A stretch of DNA of 60,000 bases from Felis catus. Lineage: Eukaryota. The notes below the pieces were generated by a model that worked only from the letters and a program-made list of their open reading frames with translations, was not told where the DNA came from and searched no databases. Positions 12,346 to 24,934 of this stretch are shown piece by piece. Numbering within the stretch: position 1 is the stretch's first letter; each line of letters opens with the position of its first letter. The position numbers were made by a program, and so were the translations under genes. The stretch covers positions 13,766,001-13,826,000 of the forward strand of contig NC_058369.1 in the NCBI RefSeq assembly GCF_018350175.1. The letters run 5' to 3'.

Positions 12346-12818
12346 TGTGCAGATCTTCTTAAGGAGGCAGCCGGCCAGCTGTCAGGTGGAAACTAACTGA
12401 TTCAGACACTTGTGGCAACCCTTCAGATTAAAAAGAGAAAAAGAGAGAGACAGACAGACAGACAGACTTGCAATAAAGACCGCAAGAAAAACCAGTGTAT
12501 CAAGGTATGTTTGGTGGGTGAGGGATTTGTGGGGGGGTGGGGGAGGGGGCGGGGGTAAGTCCTAACTAAGCCTTGGGAGGCAAGGATTGTGGCCAACTAA
12601 TCCTTTCTTTTATTCTCCAATTTTTTTCTGTAAGGTGGTCATTTAGAATGCAATAAACACATTTCACAAAAAATGGGAGTGCTGAGTTTCTATACCTACC
12701 CCCTGGGCCAGCAGCCCAGTACCAAAATCAGGCACCCACGGTCCCAGGTCCAACAACAGAGACCAGCTTCCAGGGAGGCTACAGCTCCAGTCCCACTTGG
12801 CCTCTGGGACACCTCAGC

Positions 12819-13035
12819 TTTTTTGTTTTTAAATTTTTTTACATTTATTTATTTTTGAGAGACAGAGCACAAGTGGGGGAGGGGCAGAGAGAGAATGAGA
12901 CACAGAATCCGAAGCAGGCTCCAGGCTCCAAGGTGTCAGCACAAGAGCCCGACGTGGGGCTTGAACTCACAAACCGTGAGATCGTGACCTGAGCTGAAGT
13001 CGGACGCCCAACCGACTGAGCCACCGAGGCGCCCC
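12819..13035 (-). mobile_element. Can-SINE (felid type), sense to ELL, ~320 nt downstream of exon 2
   Basis: Reverse complement of ggggcgcctcggtggctcagtcggttgggcgtccgacttcagctcaggtcacgatctc; degenerate TSD ggacacctc. Confidence 0.93.
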
Positions 13036-13353
13036 TAGGACACCTCCCTTTTGAATCAGCACAGAGATCAGATCAGTACGGGGGGCCCAGGAGTCATTGG
13101 CTACAGGAAGGAAGGGGGGACTCTGAGGGGCCACTGGACAGAGAAGCTGCATTCGCCCCAGACAGCCTCTAGGTGTGGCCCTGGCTGTGGGACCAACCTG
13201 GCAGGCCTCAGCTTGGCACAGGCCCTGGCCTGACACAGAGCCGGATGGGGCCAAAATGCTGCCCCCAGCCTGCCTCTGTGCCCAGCAAGCCATGACAAGC
13301 AAGACAGCACACTGGTCACAATTCCAAATACGATTAAGACAAAAAAGACTCAC

Positions 13354-13401
13354 CCCTTGACTTCCCTGAAATCGGATTGACGGTCTCAGTGAAACAGAAT
13401 C
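13354..13401 (-). CDS. ELL: ELL coding exon 2 (48 nt, phase 0/0): DSVSLRPSIRFQGSQG
   Basis: Acceptor tttttcttttttgcag| (ct at 13402-13403 on +) and donor |gtgagt (13348-13353). The peptide matches recalled mammalian ELL. Confidence 0.97.
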
Positions 13402-14360
13402 CTGCAAAAAAGAAAAACAGGAAAGTGTCATTAACATATCTGTAATCCAGGGATTTACTTCCCAGTTGTAGAAAGAGTAGTGTAAGGACAGTGCTTTCAG
13501 GAGAGGCAAGAGAAAACACACACACGCTGAAAATGCCAGGAAAGGTCACTGAAACAGAATTTTAAAAGATCGGCAGGAGTTCTCGGATGCTGTGGGGGCC
13601 AGGTATATAAGAAGTAAGAGTGGAGACACAGGCAGTGGGCAGTCCCTCACTGTCCTCCCCAAACCAACGTCAGCCCAGGCTGTCCTGCCCTGGAGACACC
13701 CTCTCAGAAGGGAACCACCATGGACAAGCACCACTGCCCAGAAGGCAGGCTGATGAGGTGATGTCCTCACCCCCCCCACCCCCCCACCCCCCCCACCAAA
13801 CACCCTGCCAAGACAGGGCCCAATGCCTGCTCAGTTCCCACGTCACAGCTTCAGAGCAATTTGTCACCGAGCTTGGGACGGCGGAATTTCCAAATGTCAC
13901 AAGAAAAAATATACTTAAAAACTCAAAATACTTGAAGCTTCAGCTATTCAGAGATCAGCCTTCTGTCAGAATTTCAGAAAGAACACGGGTCCAGATGGAG
14001 GGTCGCACCTCTCTTTCTCACCCATCTTGGGCCCCAAGCACCCACCTTCTGCACAGCAGATACCGCCCCACCGCGTGGTCCTAGTTTGTCACCACAACCC
14101 TCTCCCTCAGCCCCCAAACCCACCTGGCCTCTGTGCCCACTGTCCTCCCCAGCCTTCTTCAGACGGCAGGCAGGGTCTGGGCTCTCCCACCTCCAGTCGA
14201 GCCCCACCTGCAGTGAGGCGAGGCCCTCCCACCTGGCCCCCACACTCCCAGACACCAGGGGTCTGGAGTGGCTACCTGTCTGCTCCCCATCCAGCATGTC
14301 AGGCCACCGCAGGCCCTGGGGTGAAGGAGCTCTCCAGATTTGTGGAAAGAACCAGCCAAC

Positions 14361-14573
14361 GGGGCACCTACATGGCTCAGTAGGTTAAGCGTCCAAATCT
14401 TGAGTTTGGCTCAAGGTCATGATCATGGTTCCTGAGACTGAGCTCCACACTGGGCTCTGGACTGACAGCATGGAGCCTGCTTGGGATTCTCTCCTTCTCT
14501 CTTTACTTCTCCCCGTCTATGCTCTCCCTCGCTCTCTTTCTCTCTCACTCTCAAAAAATAAACATTTAAAAAA
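14361..14573 (+). mobile_element. Can-SINE, antisense to ELL, ~960 nt upstream of exon 2
   Basis: ggggcacctacatggctcagtaggttaagcgtcc..., CT tract and aaaaaataaacattt tail. Confidence 0.9.
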
Positions 14574-15224
14574 CCCCACTAATAACACAAAATGAAAAAA
14601 ACAAACTAACAAACAACGGGCATGCTGGCCTCTCGGTGCCCATGGACCCATTAGCCGCTGGGGTGAGGGCTGCGGTTGTGTCGCAGACATGGCTCAGCCA
14701 GCATGGACCACGCAAGCCACGCATGTACCCCTGCCCTTTTTGTTTACCAGGAGCCCCTTCTTTACCCAAAAATCTCAAGGATTCTGTCATCGGGAGCAAT
14801 TTGTCACTGACTGTGGTGCAGCAGAATTTCCAAACGTCCTGAGAGATCACACCGAGCACCAGCACTTACCTCCATGGGATCGGACACCCTAGAAGCTACC
14901 CTATACTTCCAAAGCACATCACCTCTCACTGCCAGGCCATCAGATATGGGATGTCCACCAGCCCCTTGTTCTGCTCCAGGACTAGAAACTAGCCCCTGCA
15001 GGCACAAGGCCCACTGCGCTTTGGAGAAAGGAGCCAGGCTTCCCCCAAAGCAGGCTCAGGACCAGCTGCCCCATCCTACAAACCACAACCTGACCCCCGC
15101 CTGGGCTGACGTTCAGAGAATGAGAAACACAGCCCCTGTGGGGTCCCCGGCCTGGCTGGGCTCTTGAAGACACGACACTTAGGCAGCCTTTGCTTGGAAT
15201 CGGGTTAAAGAAAGAGACCAAAAA

Positions 15225-15830
15225 AGAAAACCCGCAAGCGGCCAATGAGCATGTGAGAAGCTAAGACTCATCAGTGAGGCGCAGGCTTTGTAGGGAGATA
15301 CCGTGCACCTATCAGAATGGCTACAACAAAAAGGATGATACCCCAGACATTCATCTCTTGCTGGTGGGAGCACACAAAGCACAGCCACTGTGGAAAACGG
15401 TCTGGTAGTTTCTCAAAAGGTTAAACACAGTTACCACATGACCCCGAATTTCCACTCCAAGGCACAGACCCAAGAGAAATGAAAACATAGATCTACACAA
15501 AATCTTATCTATAAATGTGCACAGAATTACTCTTAATATCCAAAAGGCGGCAACAATCCAAACATCCATCAACTGGTGGACAAATTCCCGATGGACACAA
15601 CATGTACAAACCCCCAAAGTCACTGGCTAAGTGAGAGTACCTCAACATGTGACATCCTGCAGGTATGAATCTGCTCATATAAATTTCTAAAACTAAAGAG
15701 ACAGAAAGTCGATCAGTGAGTGCCTGGGCTAGGGGCGGGAGCGGCAGTGGCTGCAGATGTCGGAGGCAACTTCTCAGGTGGTGTGGTCACTCTCATGGAC
15801 TCCACACCTAAAACGGGTACGTTCTGTGTG
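15225..15830 (+). mobile_element. Old L1 (L1MB/MC-like) ORF2-end/3' UTR fragment
   Basis: gctggtgggag...cagccactgtggaaaacggtctggtagtttctcaaaaggttaaacacagttaccacatgacc...gagaaatgaaaaca is a hallmark L1 3' region. Confidence 0.8.
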
Positions 15831-17141
15831 CTGTCGACACACCTCCATGATAGCTGTGACCTGTCCTCAGGCTCACGGAGGGTCTCTCTCTGAAGACTCC
15901 TGGGCTTTGAGCAACATCACCCGAACACAGAAGATTCCTGAACACCCAGGGGAGATACTCTGGTCTGGTAATCGTTTGCAGTGCAGGAGTGATATAAAGG
16001 AGATGGGAGTAAACGGCAGAAAACACAAAAGCACCACAGCAAAGGCGATGTTAAGACCGAGCGGTCCTACAGAGCTCTCTACCACCATCACCGGGTCATC
16101 AAAGGCAGGAAAGCAGGCTGTTCCTGGCAGAGGGAACAGCAGATGCAAAGCCCAGAGCAGAGGTGTGGGACGCCGCGGTGCACCCCCCCGGGTCTGTTAG
16201 TCCAGACCCCCCCACAGGAGTCAGCCAGGGACTAACTCTAGTACCGTGTGTGTCTGTTATCAACACAGGGCAAGGTCTGTGTCCTCCAGGGGCTTGGGGG
16301 ACAGGGGACATGACAACGGTGATGCTAGGAGTCTGGATATAGAGTAACAGTGGGGAGGAACTAGAAAGAGTGCACCTCCCTGGGAAGAATTCCACCAGGG
16401 CGGCCCCAGAAGTTCCTGGCTGACAACCAGCACCCACGCCAGCTGGTGTGGTGGGCCACCCTCCCCCTGGACCACATGCTCCCCGTGGGCCATTTAGTGA
16501 AGCATTTAACCGGCTTGGTTGCGGTCAAGCAAGTTATCCGGAAGACTCCTTTCTTGCAGTCACTCATTTCCCAAGGGCAGTGGCTTCACCCATTGGAGAC
16601 GTTAGCAGAGAGGCCTGAAAACCCAGGCTTTCTTGACAATGCCAAGCGCATGCCCCCATGTGACGAGGCTGTCACCACAGAACCAGACTCCTGGCTATAC
16701 GGGCTCTCATGGTGTCTCCTCCCTCCGGCAGGAGCACCAGACCCTTCTTGTCAATAGCAGAGCAATGCACTCACGCTATCACATACACACTTGGGTGACT
16801 CCCCACAGGCCCTGTCTAGAGCCACTAACAAAAAGAGGCTCCAGGACAAGACCCATCAGAGTTCCGCCCGCCCCGTGCAGGCAGGGGAAAGGGGCCCCAC
16901 CTGGTAAGACATTAGAACGAAGGGAGAAGCAGCACCTCAGTGCCCTCACATTCACTAGATGACAAAGTGTATTCTAACGGCACTCAGGCCACGCTATCCA
17001 ACACTGGACAGCCAGTCACAGCCACAGCCACACTTAGGGCCTGGTAGGGCCCACCCTTGGTAATCTGGGTTAATAAGGCTCCCTGAGCCACTGCGGCTCT
17101 TACCCATCAGCTCCTCCACCCCAGGGCAAACCACCTTGACT

Positions 17142-17358
17142 GTTTTTGTTTTTGTTTTTTATTTATTTTGAGAGGGGGAGAGAGCCCGCATGCATGCAGG
17201 GGAGGGACAGAGAAAGGGAAAGAGAGAATCCCAAGCAGGCTCCACGCTGTCAGCGCAGAGTCCGACGTGGGGGGGCTCGATCTCATGAACCATGAGATCA
17301 TGACCGGAGCTGAAATCAAGAGTTGGACATTTAACCGACTGAGCCACCCAGGTGCTCC
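17142..17358 (-). mobile_element. Can-SINE
   Basis: Reverse complement of ggagcacctgggtggctcagtcggttaaatgtcc...; accttgac flanks both ends. Confidence 0.92.
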
Positions 17359-19045
17359 TACCTTGACCTTTTGTGCAGACTTTCCACACGGGGCACCTGC
17401 TGGCCACTGTGCACCCCACCCCTCCGCCTTAAGATTTCCAAGAAGAAACCTAGGTGCCAGCCAGGCCACCTCTCCACGGGCTGCAGGAATTCGGTTTTGG
17501 AGTGTCCTCTATACTGGCATGTGACCATCCCACCTGCCACAAACTCCCAGCTCAGAGACCCAGCAACATTTTAATGAAGCACAACAAAATGAAAATTGTT
17601 GCAAGAAGGTTTTAATTTTACGGAATTTTGTAAAGGGTTCTAAACTGTACTGAAACCTCGTGTGTGTCTCCAACATCCACGAAAGTGGCCTTTGGCACAC
17701 ATTATTTTGCCCGGGGAGGGGGGGTGATACTTGCAATGAAAATCTGTTTTTAGATCAAAGTATGGGTTTTATTCTTCTAAAAGGAAGTTCTCAACTACTT
17801 ACTGTAAAGCAAATACACTTAATTTGAATGACTCAAAGCACATCTAGCCTGTCACCTCCAAGAACCTACTAGAATAAAGCTGGCTGCATCATTCAGCAGT
17901 TCTTAACCCTCCCTCTGAGTCAGGTTCAGGGTGGGGCAGGTAGGCTGAGGGGAACCCCAAATGCTGTGCACCCCTGTGGAAACCCCAACCACTGGGTCAA
18001 GTCACATTGACAGAAGTGGCTTTCAGCATGTGGGGCATCGCCCCGGCTTCCTCCCTCTGCCGTCTAACAAAGAGGTGCAACCATCTGGGCTTCTTCCCAC
18101 TCCAACCAGCAAGCTGCAGCAGACACCAACGTGGACCCCCACTTGGAGGTCACTGGGTGTCTGCTGGGTACACTGGGGACACAAGACCCAGCAAAGGCCT
18201 GCTGCGCCTGACCCCCCTGGGCGGCCAACGGCCAGCGGTAGCAGGAGCAGCCACAGCTTTGTTCGCACCAGCAGTGCCGCATGCCGCGCGCAACAGAAAG
18301 GCCTGCAGGTCTGAAGCTGGCTGTTCCCAAGGGCTCCCAGGGAAACACGGGCCGGGCAGCCTCAAGGCCCTAGGCCAGCAACTTCCAAATTCCTACAGGC
18401 AACAACACACACCCAAAGCCGAAGATCCAACACCTGAGAACGGCATGCCTGCACTTCCCCCTCACTTAGCAGCCTCCATGGCTGGTGAAGGCACAGAACT
18501 CAGTGCCATCCGGAGGTGGAGCAGCAGGGGACGAGGGCACACGCACACCAAAACATGTCCTACAGGTCACAGGCAGAGAGCTAGCTGCACTTTGGGCTTG
18601 TCATCACTAAACTCCACGACAAACCTCAAGTCACAGGGAGGGTCAAATGACTTGCCCACACCCACAAGGGCAGGATTCAACCCTGCCTGCCACCACTAAG
18701 GCCCACGTTCTCCGCGGTGGGCGATACACAGCTGCAATCTCCTTTCTTCCGAGCCCTTTAGGGGCACGCGGGCTGACCACGAAAGGACCCAGCCAGGTCC
18801 GCTGCAGTCACCTCTGGCCTTCTGTCTAGGGATTCTGGGGTTCAGGCCAGTGATTCATGCCCTCCACTCCACTGACAGGAGGTTGGCCTTTCCTCTTTGG
18901 GAGGCCACAGTGGGCCACCCGAGTCCAGGGAACATTTGCTGGAGGAACAGAAGGGCAAATGAACAGACGGCAATCTCCTCAAACCCTCTCAGCCCTTCAC
19001 AAGCAGACACTTACATAAGAGGCAGATAGACCATCTGGGTCCAGA

Positions 19046-19063
19046 CATGCCACCTACTGGCAA
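19046..19063 (-). promoter_or_regulatory. Candidate CTCF binding site (reverse orientation)
   Basis: Minus strand reads TTGCCAGTAGGTGGCATG, matching core CCASYAGRKGGCR. Confidence 0.4.
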
Positions 19064-19773
19064 CAACAAGGGTGGTGGACAAAGAACATCCAACAACAAT
19101 TTTCGGACAGGGGCACGGGCAGCACTAGCCAGAGATGTGCAAGAGAAGGGAAACAGCTAAGGGAGTCTCTGACTGTCCAGCTCACTGCCTCAAGAAACTT
19201 GCCAGATCACAGGCGGGGGAGGCTGAAGGGGCTGGATGTGTAGACAGAGGCCCATGGAGGAGGGGGCAGCGCGGAAGGATTCTCCTGGAGCCTGCACAGG
19301 GCCCTGAGCCGCTGCCCACAAAGGCTCAGGGGCACTTCCCAAGGCAGGGCCCCCAGGATGTGGCCTGGGACATGCCATATGTGGCCAGTCCAGGGGAGTC
19401 CTCGCTGCACCCTGCTAGGCAGTGGAGCTCAACTAATCCTCTTCTCTCAATTCCCCTTACTAAAAAAATCTCAGAAACAAGCTTCCGTGGGATCAGCTGA
19501 TCCACCACTAACCAAAGTGCCTGTCAGAGGCCACAGCAGAACCAACACGCTTCAAGAAAGACAACGAAACCCAGCACACAACCCCATGGAATTCACAACA
19601 CTCAGTATCCAAAACCAAAGCCTCCAGACATGTTGAGGCTATAGGAGAATGTGACCCCCTAACACAAGAGAAAATGCAGCCAATGGGAACAGACCCAGAA
19701 AGGCCAGAGACGATGGAACTGATAAAGGCTTTACTTTAGAGCAACCATTATATATTAAAAGTGTTCAAGGGCT

Positions 19774-19994
19774 GGGGTTCCTGGGTGGCTCAGTTGGTTG
19801 AGCGTCTGACTTCGGCTCAGGCCGTGATCTCACAGTTTGTGGGTTCGAGCCCTGCATGGGGCTCTGTGCTGACAGCTCAGAGCCTGGAGCCTGCTTCGTA
19901 CTTCGTGTCTCCCTCTCTCTCTCTGCCCCTCCACCACTCACGCTCTGTCTCTCAAAAATGAATAAACATTAAAAACATTTTTTAATTAAAAAAA
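19774..19994 (+). mobile_element. Can-SINE (felid type) inserted in L1
   Basis: ggggttcctgggtggctcagttggttgagcgtctgacttcggctcagg...; degenerate TSD gtgttcaagggct / atgtttaaggact. Confidence 0.93.
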
Positions 19995-20800
19995 TGTTTA
20001 AGGACTTAAAAGCAACTTGAACTGGTGAGAAGAGAAATATGAGGCACAAGAAGAGAGCCACACGGAACTTCTAGGGCTGAGAAATGCAATATCTGGAAAG
20101 AAAAACTCACTAGGAAGGATTACTATTAGGCAACGTGGAAGAAAAAAGTTATGAACCTGATGACAAACTAACACACACTATCCAAAATGAATCACACACA
20201 GGAAAAAAAGTCTATGGAAAAGTGAATACAGCCTTGGTGAACTTCGGGACAATGGTACCAAGAGTTCCAACATATGCATAACTGGTATCCCAAGAGAATG
20301 GTATCTGAAGAAGTAATGGCCCAGATGTGAGGAGCACAATAATTCAATAGATCCAAGAAGCTCCAGACGGAAAACAAAGAACCATGTCACAGCATACCAT
20401 AAGCAAATGAGCATGACTGCTGACTGACATGCTATGAACCAAGAAGCAAAGATAAGACTCACAAGGCCCAGTATCAAAAAAAAAAAAAACAAGCCTGGAG
20501 ACCGGGGAAGGACATCTGTAAAATACTGAGGAAGAATAATGCCAACCCAGAATTCCTTATCCAGTGAAAAGAGAAGGGGAAACGAAAACTTGTGCAGACA
20601 AAGGCTGAGAGAATCTTTGCAGTAGATCTGCACTGCAAGGAAGATTCTGAAAGTCCTTCAGGAGGCAGGAGAATGACACCAGACGGGCCCGTGGCTCTGC
20701 ACAGAGGGTAAAAAGCACCGGGTTACAGGGAATGTGTGTATGAACATGAAAGACTTGTTCTCATTGTGATATTTCCAGAGAAGACAATGGGGGGAGGGGG

Positions 20801-20915
20801 GGGGACACCTGGCTGGCTCAGTCAGTTGAGCATCAGACTCTTGGTTTCAGCTCAGGTCATGATCTCATGATTTGTGAGATGGAGCCGTGCACTCTCAGTG
20901 CAGAGCCTCCTTGGG

Positions 20916-20949
<34 letters not shown>

Positions 20950-21047
20950 CCTCCCCCCATGCGAGAGAGCATGTGTGCACACATGCTCTCTCTCTCTCTC
21001 TCTCAAAATAAACATCTTTTTAAAACTGGCTTAAACAAAAAAAAAGA
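20801..21047 (+). mobile_element. Can-SINE
   Basis: ggggacacctggctggctcagtcagttgagcatc..., (CT)n and tail; agaagacaat flanks both ends. Confidence 0.9.
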
Positions 21048-21127
21048 AGAAGACAATTGACAGCTCAAGGCACAAATAATGATAATGCACAGAATTTGGA
21101 AGTGTAGCCTTAAAAGGGTGGCAATGA

Positions 21128-21357
21128 GGGGCACCTGGATGGCTCGGTCGGTTAAGCTTCTGACTTCAGCTCAGGTCATGATCTCGTCGTCTGTGAGTTC
21201 GAGCCCCGCGTCGGGCTCTGTGCTGACAGCTCAGAGCCTGGAGCCTGCTTTGGATTCTGTGCCCCCCTCTCTGCCCTTCCCCTGATTGTGCGTGCGCTCT
21301 CCCGCTCTCTCTCTCTCTCTCAAAACTAAATAAACATTAAAAAATTAAAAAAAAAAA
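21128..21357 (+). mobile_element. Can-SINE (felid type)
   Basis: ggggcacctggatggctcggtcggttaagc...; TSD gtggcaatgag / gtggccatgag. Confidence 0.93.
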
Positions 21358-22965
21358 GTGGCCATGAGGCACAAGGACTGGGGTGGGGAAGATGGAAGCA
21401 AACCTGAGGCACAAGGTTAACTGGAGGGCCGCGCTCTCAGTGCCAAGCTAACCCTCACCTCCCTTGAGCCCAGGCCTTGGGGGAATGGAGTAGCCAGACT
21501 CTGCACCTTTGCCTGCTGGACACGCTGGCCGTGCACCTCCAGCCCGGCTGACCACTTACCCCTCTATGCACTCAAGGGGCATTTCCCGAGTCCCTCGAGT
21601 CCCAGGCCATGCCTCACAGAGCATGGCATGCAGGGCAGGACAACTGGACACAGGCCACCCACCATGGGGCCACGATTACACACAGAAGGATCCAGTGAGG
21701 GAACCGGTGCACACGGCAAGAGGGCAGACCTGAACCAGGGTGGCAGAGGCTGGCGCGGAGATGCTGAGCAGCACAAGAGCGGCCCTGGGTGGGAAGACGT
21801 GGCGCAAATGGAAGTCCGCGGCGGTGTGATGGGCACAGGGCTTCCCCCGGGGCTTGTGGACCCCCGACAAGGTGTGGCACCGACAGTGCGGAGCAAGCGG
21901 CCAGAGCCCCGTCAGAGATGCCTTCACAGCAGGACCAGCGGTCACCCTCTGGACCCACCTGGCCCGGCCGCCGGCAGCTGGAACACCCTGGCAGTGCATG
22001 GGCTCACCATGCTACCATGGCCCGTCACTGCCTTCCGGCTGGCTGCTCCCTGCAGGGGACAGCATGGGGCCAGGGACACACCATTTGTGAGGGGAGCCCT
22101 GTCACCCTATTACCTCGCCTACTCAGCAGGACAGAAGGCGGACATGCCAGGGAAGGTCCAACAGACTAGCCCGGGTGCTGCCCATTTCCCTGTTGCCTTG
22201 GCAGCTTTTGGGTCATTCCCCAGACTGTGATTAGCAAGTTATCAGGTAACACGACTTCCTATGACAGTCTCTAGGACACACCTGTCTGCATGCATCGCGC
22301 TCTGTAAGCGTATGGGCTGCACTTCAGGCCAGCAATGCTACACACAACACCTCCAGTCTCTGCAGACCCTCTGAGGGGTCACGTCATTCCCACCACAGGC
22401 TCAGAGGTCATACCCTTCCCCAAGGCTGAGCAGCCCAGTGACTGCAGCAGGCGTGGAGGGGGGTCTGGGCCCTTGAGAGCCCCACCCCAGCTGTGGCCCT
22501 ATCAGGACCGAGCGTAGCAGAACACCATCTCCTATTAGGCATCTGCGGGGTCTGAAACCAGGAGTTCGTTGGGACAAGTGTCGCTGTGCTTCGGCCAGGA
22601 GCCCAGGGTGAATCAGGAGGCCTGGCAGGGGTGGGCAGCGAGGAGGCCTCACTACAGAGCACACTGCAGTCTTCCGGCCCCAGGCAGCTCCTGCGGGTGT
22701 GATAAAGATGGTGATGCAGGTACGAAGAAACAGGCAGCGTGCAGGGCAGGGCAACAGGCCGCCCCACAGGAGGAGGCATGGATGCTGCCCACGGCAGGCC
22801 CCTTCACGCCAGGACCGGGACAGGGAGAGTCAGAACTTCACCGTGGCCAGAATCCCCCTTTTTCTCCCCATGGAGAAGAGTACTTCTTGGGTAAAGCAAC
22901 AGGAAGTGTTTACGAAATCCACCTCCAGGTCCAGGAGGCACACTAGGTAGGCACTGAGTTACATT

Positions 22966-23167
22966 CAGGGTTCTTAACCAAGTGATTCTGCCCCGGGGGA
23001 CATGGGCAACGTCCAGAGACATACTTGGCTGGGGAGGAGGGCCCTCCTGGTCTCTGGAGCATGGAGGCCAGGGATGCTGTTCAACACCCCACAAGGCCCA
23101 CAACAGGCTAACTCCAGAGTGATCTGGCCCCAGACGTCAGCAGCGGTGCCGAGGCAGAGAAGCCCTG
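22966..23167 (+). mobile_element. MER20 (hAT-Charlie) DNA transposon relic
   Basis: cagggttcttaacc...tgccccgggggacatgggcaacgtccagagaca...gaggccagggatgctg...gtgccgaggcagagaagccctg matches recalled MER20 including termini. Confidence 0.8.
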
Positions 23168-23690
23168 AGCTAACTGCTGTCGTGAGGAAAGCAAAGGGGA
23201 AAGCAATTGTCAGAGCAGAACGTGGGCCAGAACGTGGGCTATTCCACGGGACAAATGACCTGGTTTCTTCAACAGATGGATGGCACAAAAGGAAGAAGGA
23301 CGGAGCGCTATAAATTACCAGACTTGACACACACATCACGTGTGGGTCTGCGTGGACCCAGCCACGTGAAGGCAGCCTGCAAGGGTGCCTGGGGCTGCGT
23401 CTCAGGTGCTCTCACTGAGCTGCATAAAGACTGTCTGAAAAAGCCAGTTCCGTTCTGTAAACATTCAACTCAGTCACTGAAAAAGCCAAGGGTGCGATGA
23501 AAATATGACCGGGATTATTTTACAAAAACTCCAGCAAAACTAAACAAAGTCGGGGAGGGGAGTCTTGGGGAAGAGTTGAAATGAGAAGGGTCAGGCACTC
23601 ACAGAGGGCAAGGTTGGGAGATGGCATGGGGCCAATCGTTGTTCTCATCTCTGTCATTTCTTCACGTTAACATTCCCATGTGAAAGGTCT

Positions 23691-23896
23691 GTTATTTTTA
23701 ATTTTAAGTTTATTTATTTCGAGAGAGAGAGGGAGTGCAAGTGGGAGAGGGGCAGAGGGGAGGGGGAGAATCCCAAGCAGGCTCCACGCTGTCAGCGCAG
23801 AGCCCCACGCGGGTCTCGATACCGCGAACTGTGAGATCATGACCTGAACTGAAATCAAGAGTTGGACGCGTATCTGACTGAGCCACCCGGCACCCC
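23691..23896 (-). mobile_element. Can-SINE
   Basis: Reverse-complement SINE body; TSD cccatgtgaaag at ~23675 and ~23895. Confidence 0.92.
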
Positions 23897-24934
23897 CATG
23901 TGAAAGATTTAAAACAAAAAGTGCACACATACAAGCCCTCCCACACCACACAGAATGGACACGGGGCAAGGCCAGCAAAACGGACAAGCACCGAGTCTGC
24001 ACGTCATCTGGGGAAGAGGGGCAGGGCCAGCAGAGGTAAGACAAGTGAGGACTGGTCTGACCTGGACACAGCCCCAGGACGTCTGCCACTGGCCTTGCAT
24101 AAGCAGCAGCACCCAACGCCGCCCCTCCCAGTTCCGGAGTGCCAACTCTTCCTGGGGAAACACGCTCCCTGTAATCTACGTGGCCTGACCCTCGTGACGC
24201 AGGGCCACCTGTGGAAAATGACCAAAAAGGAGGCATCTGTTCTTCCCTAAAGCCTCTGTCTGTAGGACTCTGCAAACACAAGTGAAGTGCACCAGCATTT
24301 CTTTGGGGCTGTGATCAATCAATCCTCTCCTGAGCAGTATGTGGCCAAGAAAGGGGGCAGTTAAGTCCTGAGAAAAGGCCTGGCTGCAGACCTCCTGGCA
24401 ACCGTTCCCACCTGCCCCCCCTCCCCCCCCCCCCCCCCCCCCCCCCCCCCCGCCTCTTTCCAGTAAAGCACAAACAATTGGGAAACTCTTTTCAAGGAAT
24501 CCTCCCTGCAACTTCCCGGCAGATTCTGAGCAGGATGCCGAGGCTGTGGAAAGTTTAGACAGTGTCTGTGGCCGTGAGGGGCCATTTCCATGAAGTACAA
24601 ACAGGGAGAATGGCGGCACATTCATCACTGCGTGGAGGGACACGTAAGAGCAAGAAGAGATTCCAAGCAGCCAAGAGCCAGGTGTAAATCGGGACCCACA
24701 CAGTAGCCAGCACAGCAAATATTTCTACCTAAATTCATGGACGTGCACAGAAAGTTTGAGGATTAGAAAAAAAGATGCAAATCACCTGAAACTGTGACCT
24801 GGACAACCCCCCCCCCCCCCCCCCCCACTCCCGTGTGTTTTGCTTGATCTTCTTGGGTCAGCAAATAAAGGCAGACCAGAAGGACCACCTTCTTTCCGCG
24901 GAGATTCCCATGTGCCCATCCATACTCCAACTCC

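Larger units (their letters stand above)
19440..21110 (+). mobile_element. Decayed old L1 5'/ORF1 region, interrupted by SINEs
   Basis: A-rich ORF1-like relics such as aaatgcaatatctggaaagaaaaactcactagg, tatccaaaatgaatcacac, ccaacatatgcataactggtatccca and ccaacccagaattccttatccagtgaaaa. Confidence 0.6.

Noticed and set aside
13845..13905. Possible intronic C/D-box snoRNA in the 45-nt repeat (CTGA on the minus strand)
   Set aside because: There is no proper RTGATGA C box or terminal stem, and the second copy lacks the terminal CTGA.
17391..17408. Additional weaker CTCF-like matches (17391-17408, ~28160, ~48430, ~59700)
   Set aside because: They mismatch at high-information core positions and are expected by chance in GC-rich DNA.
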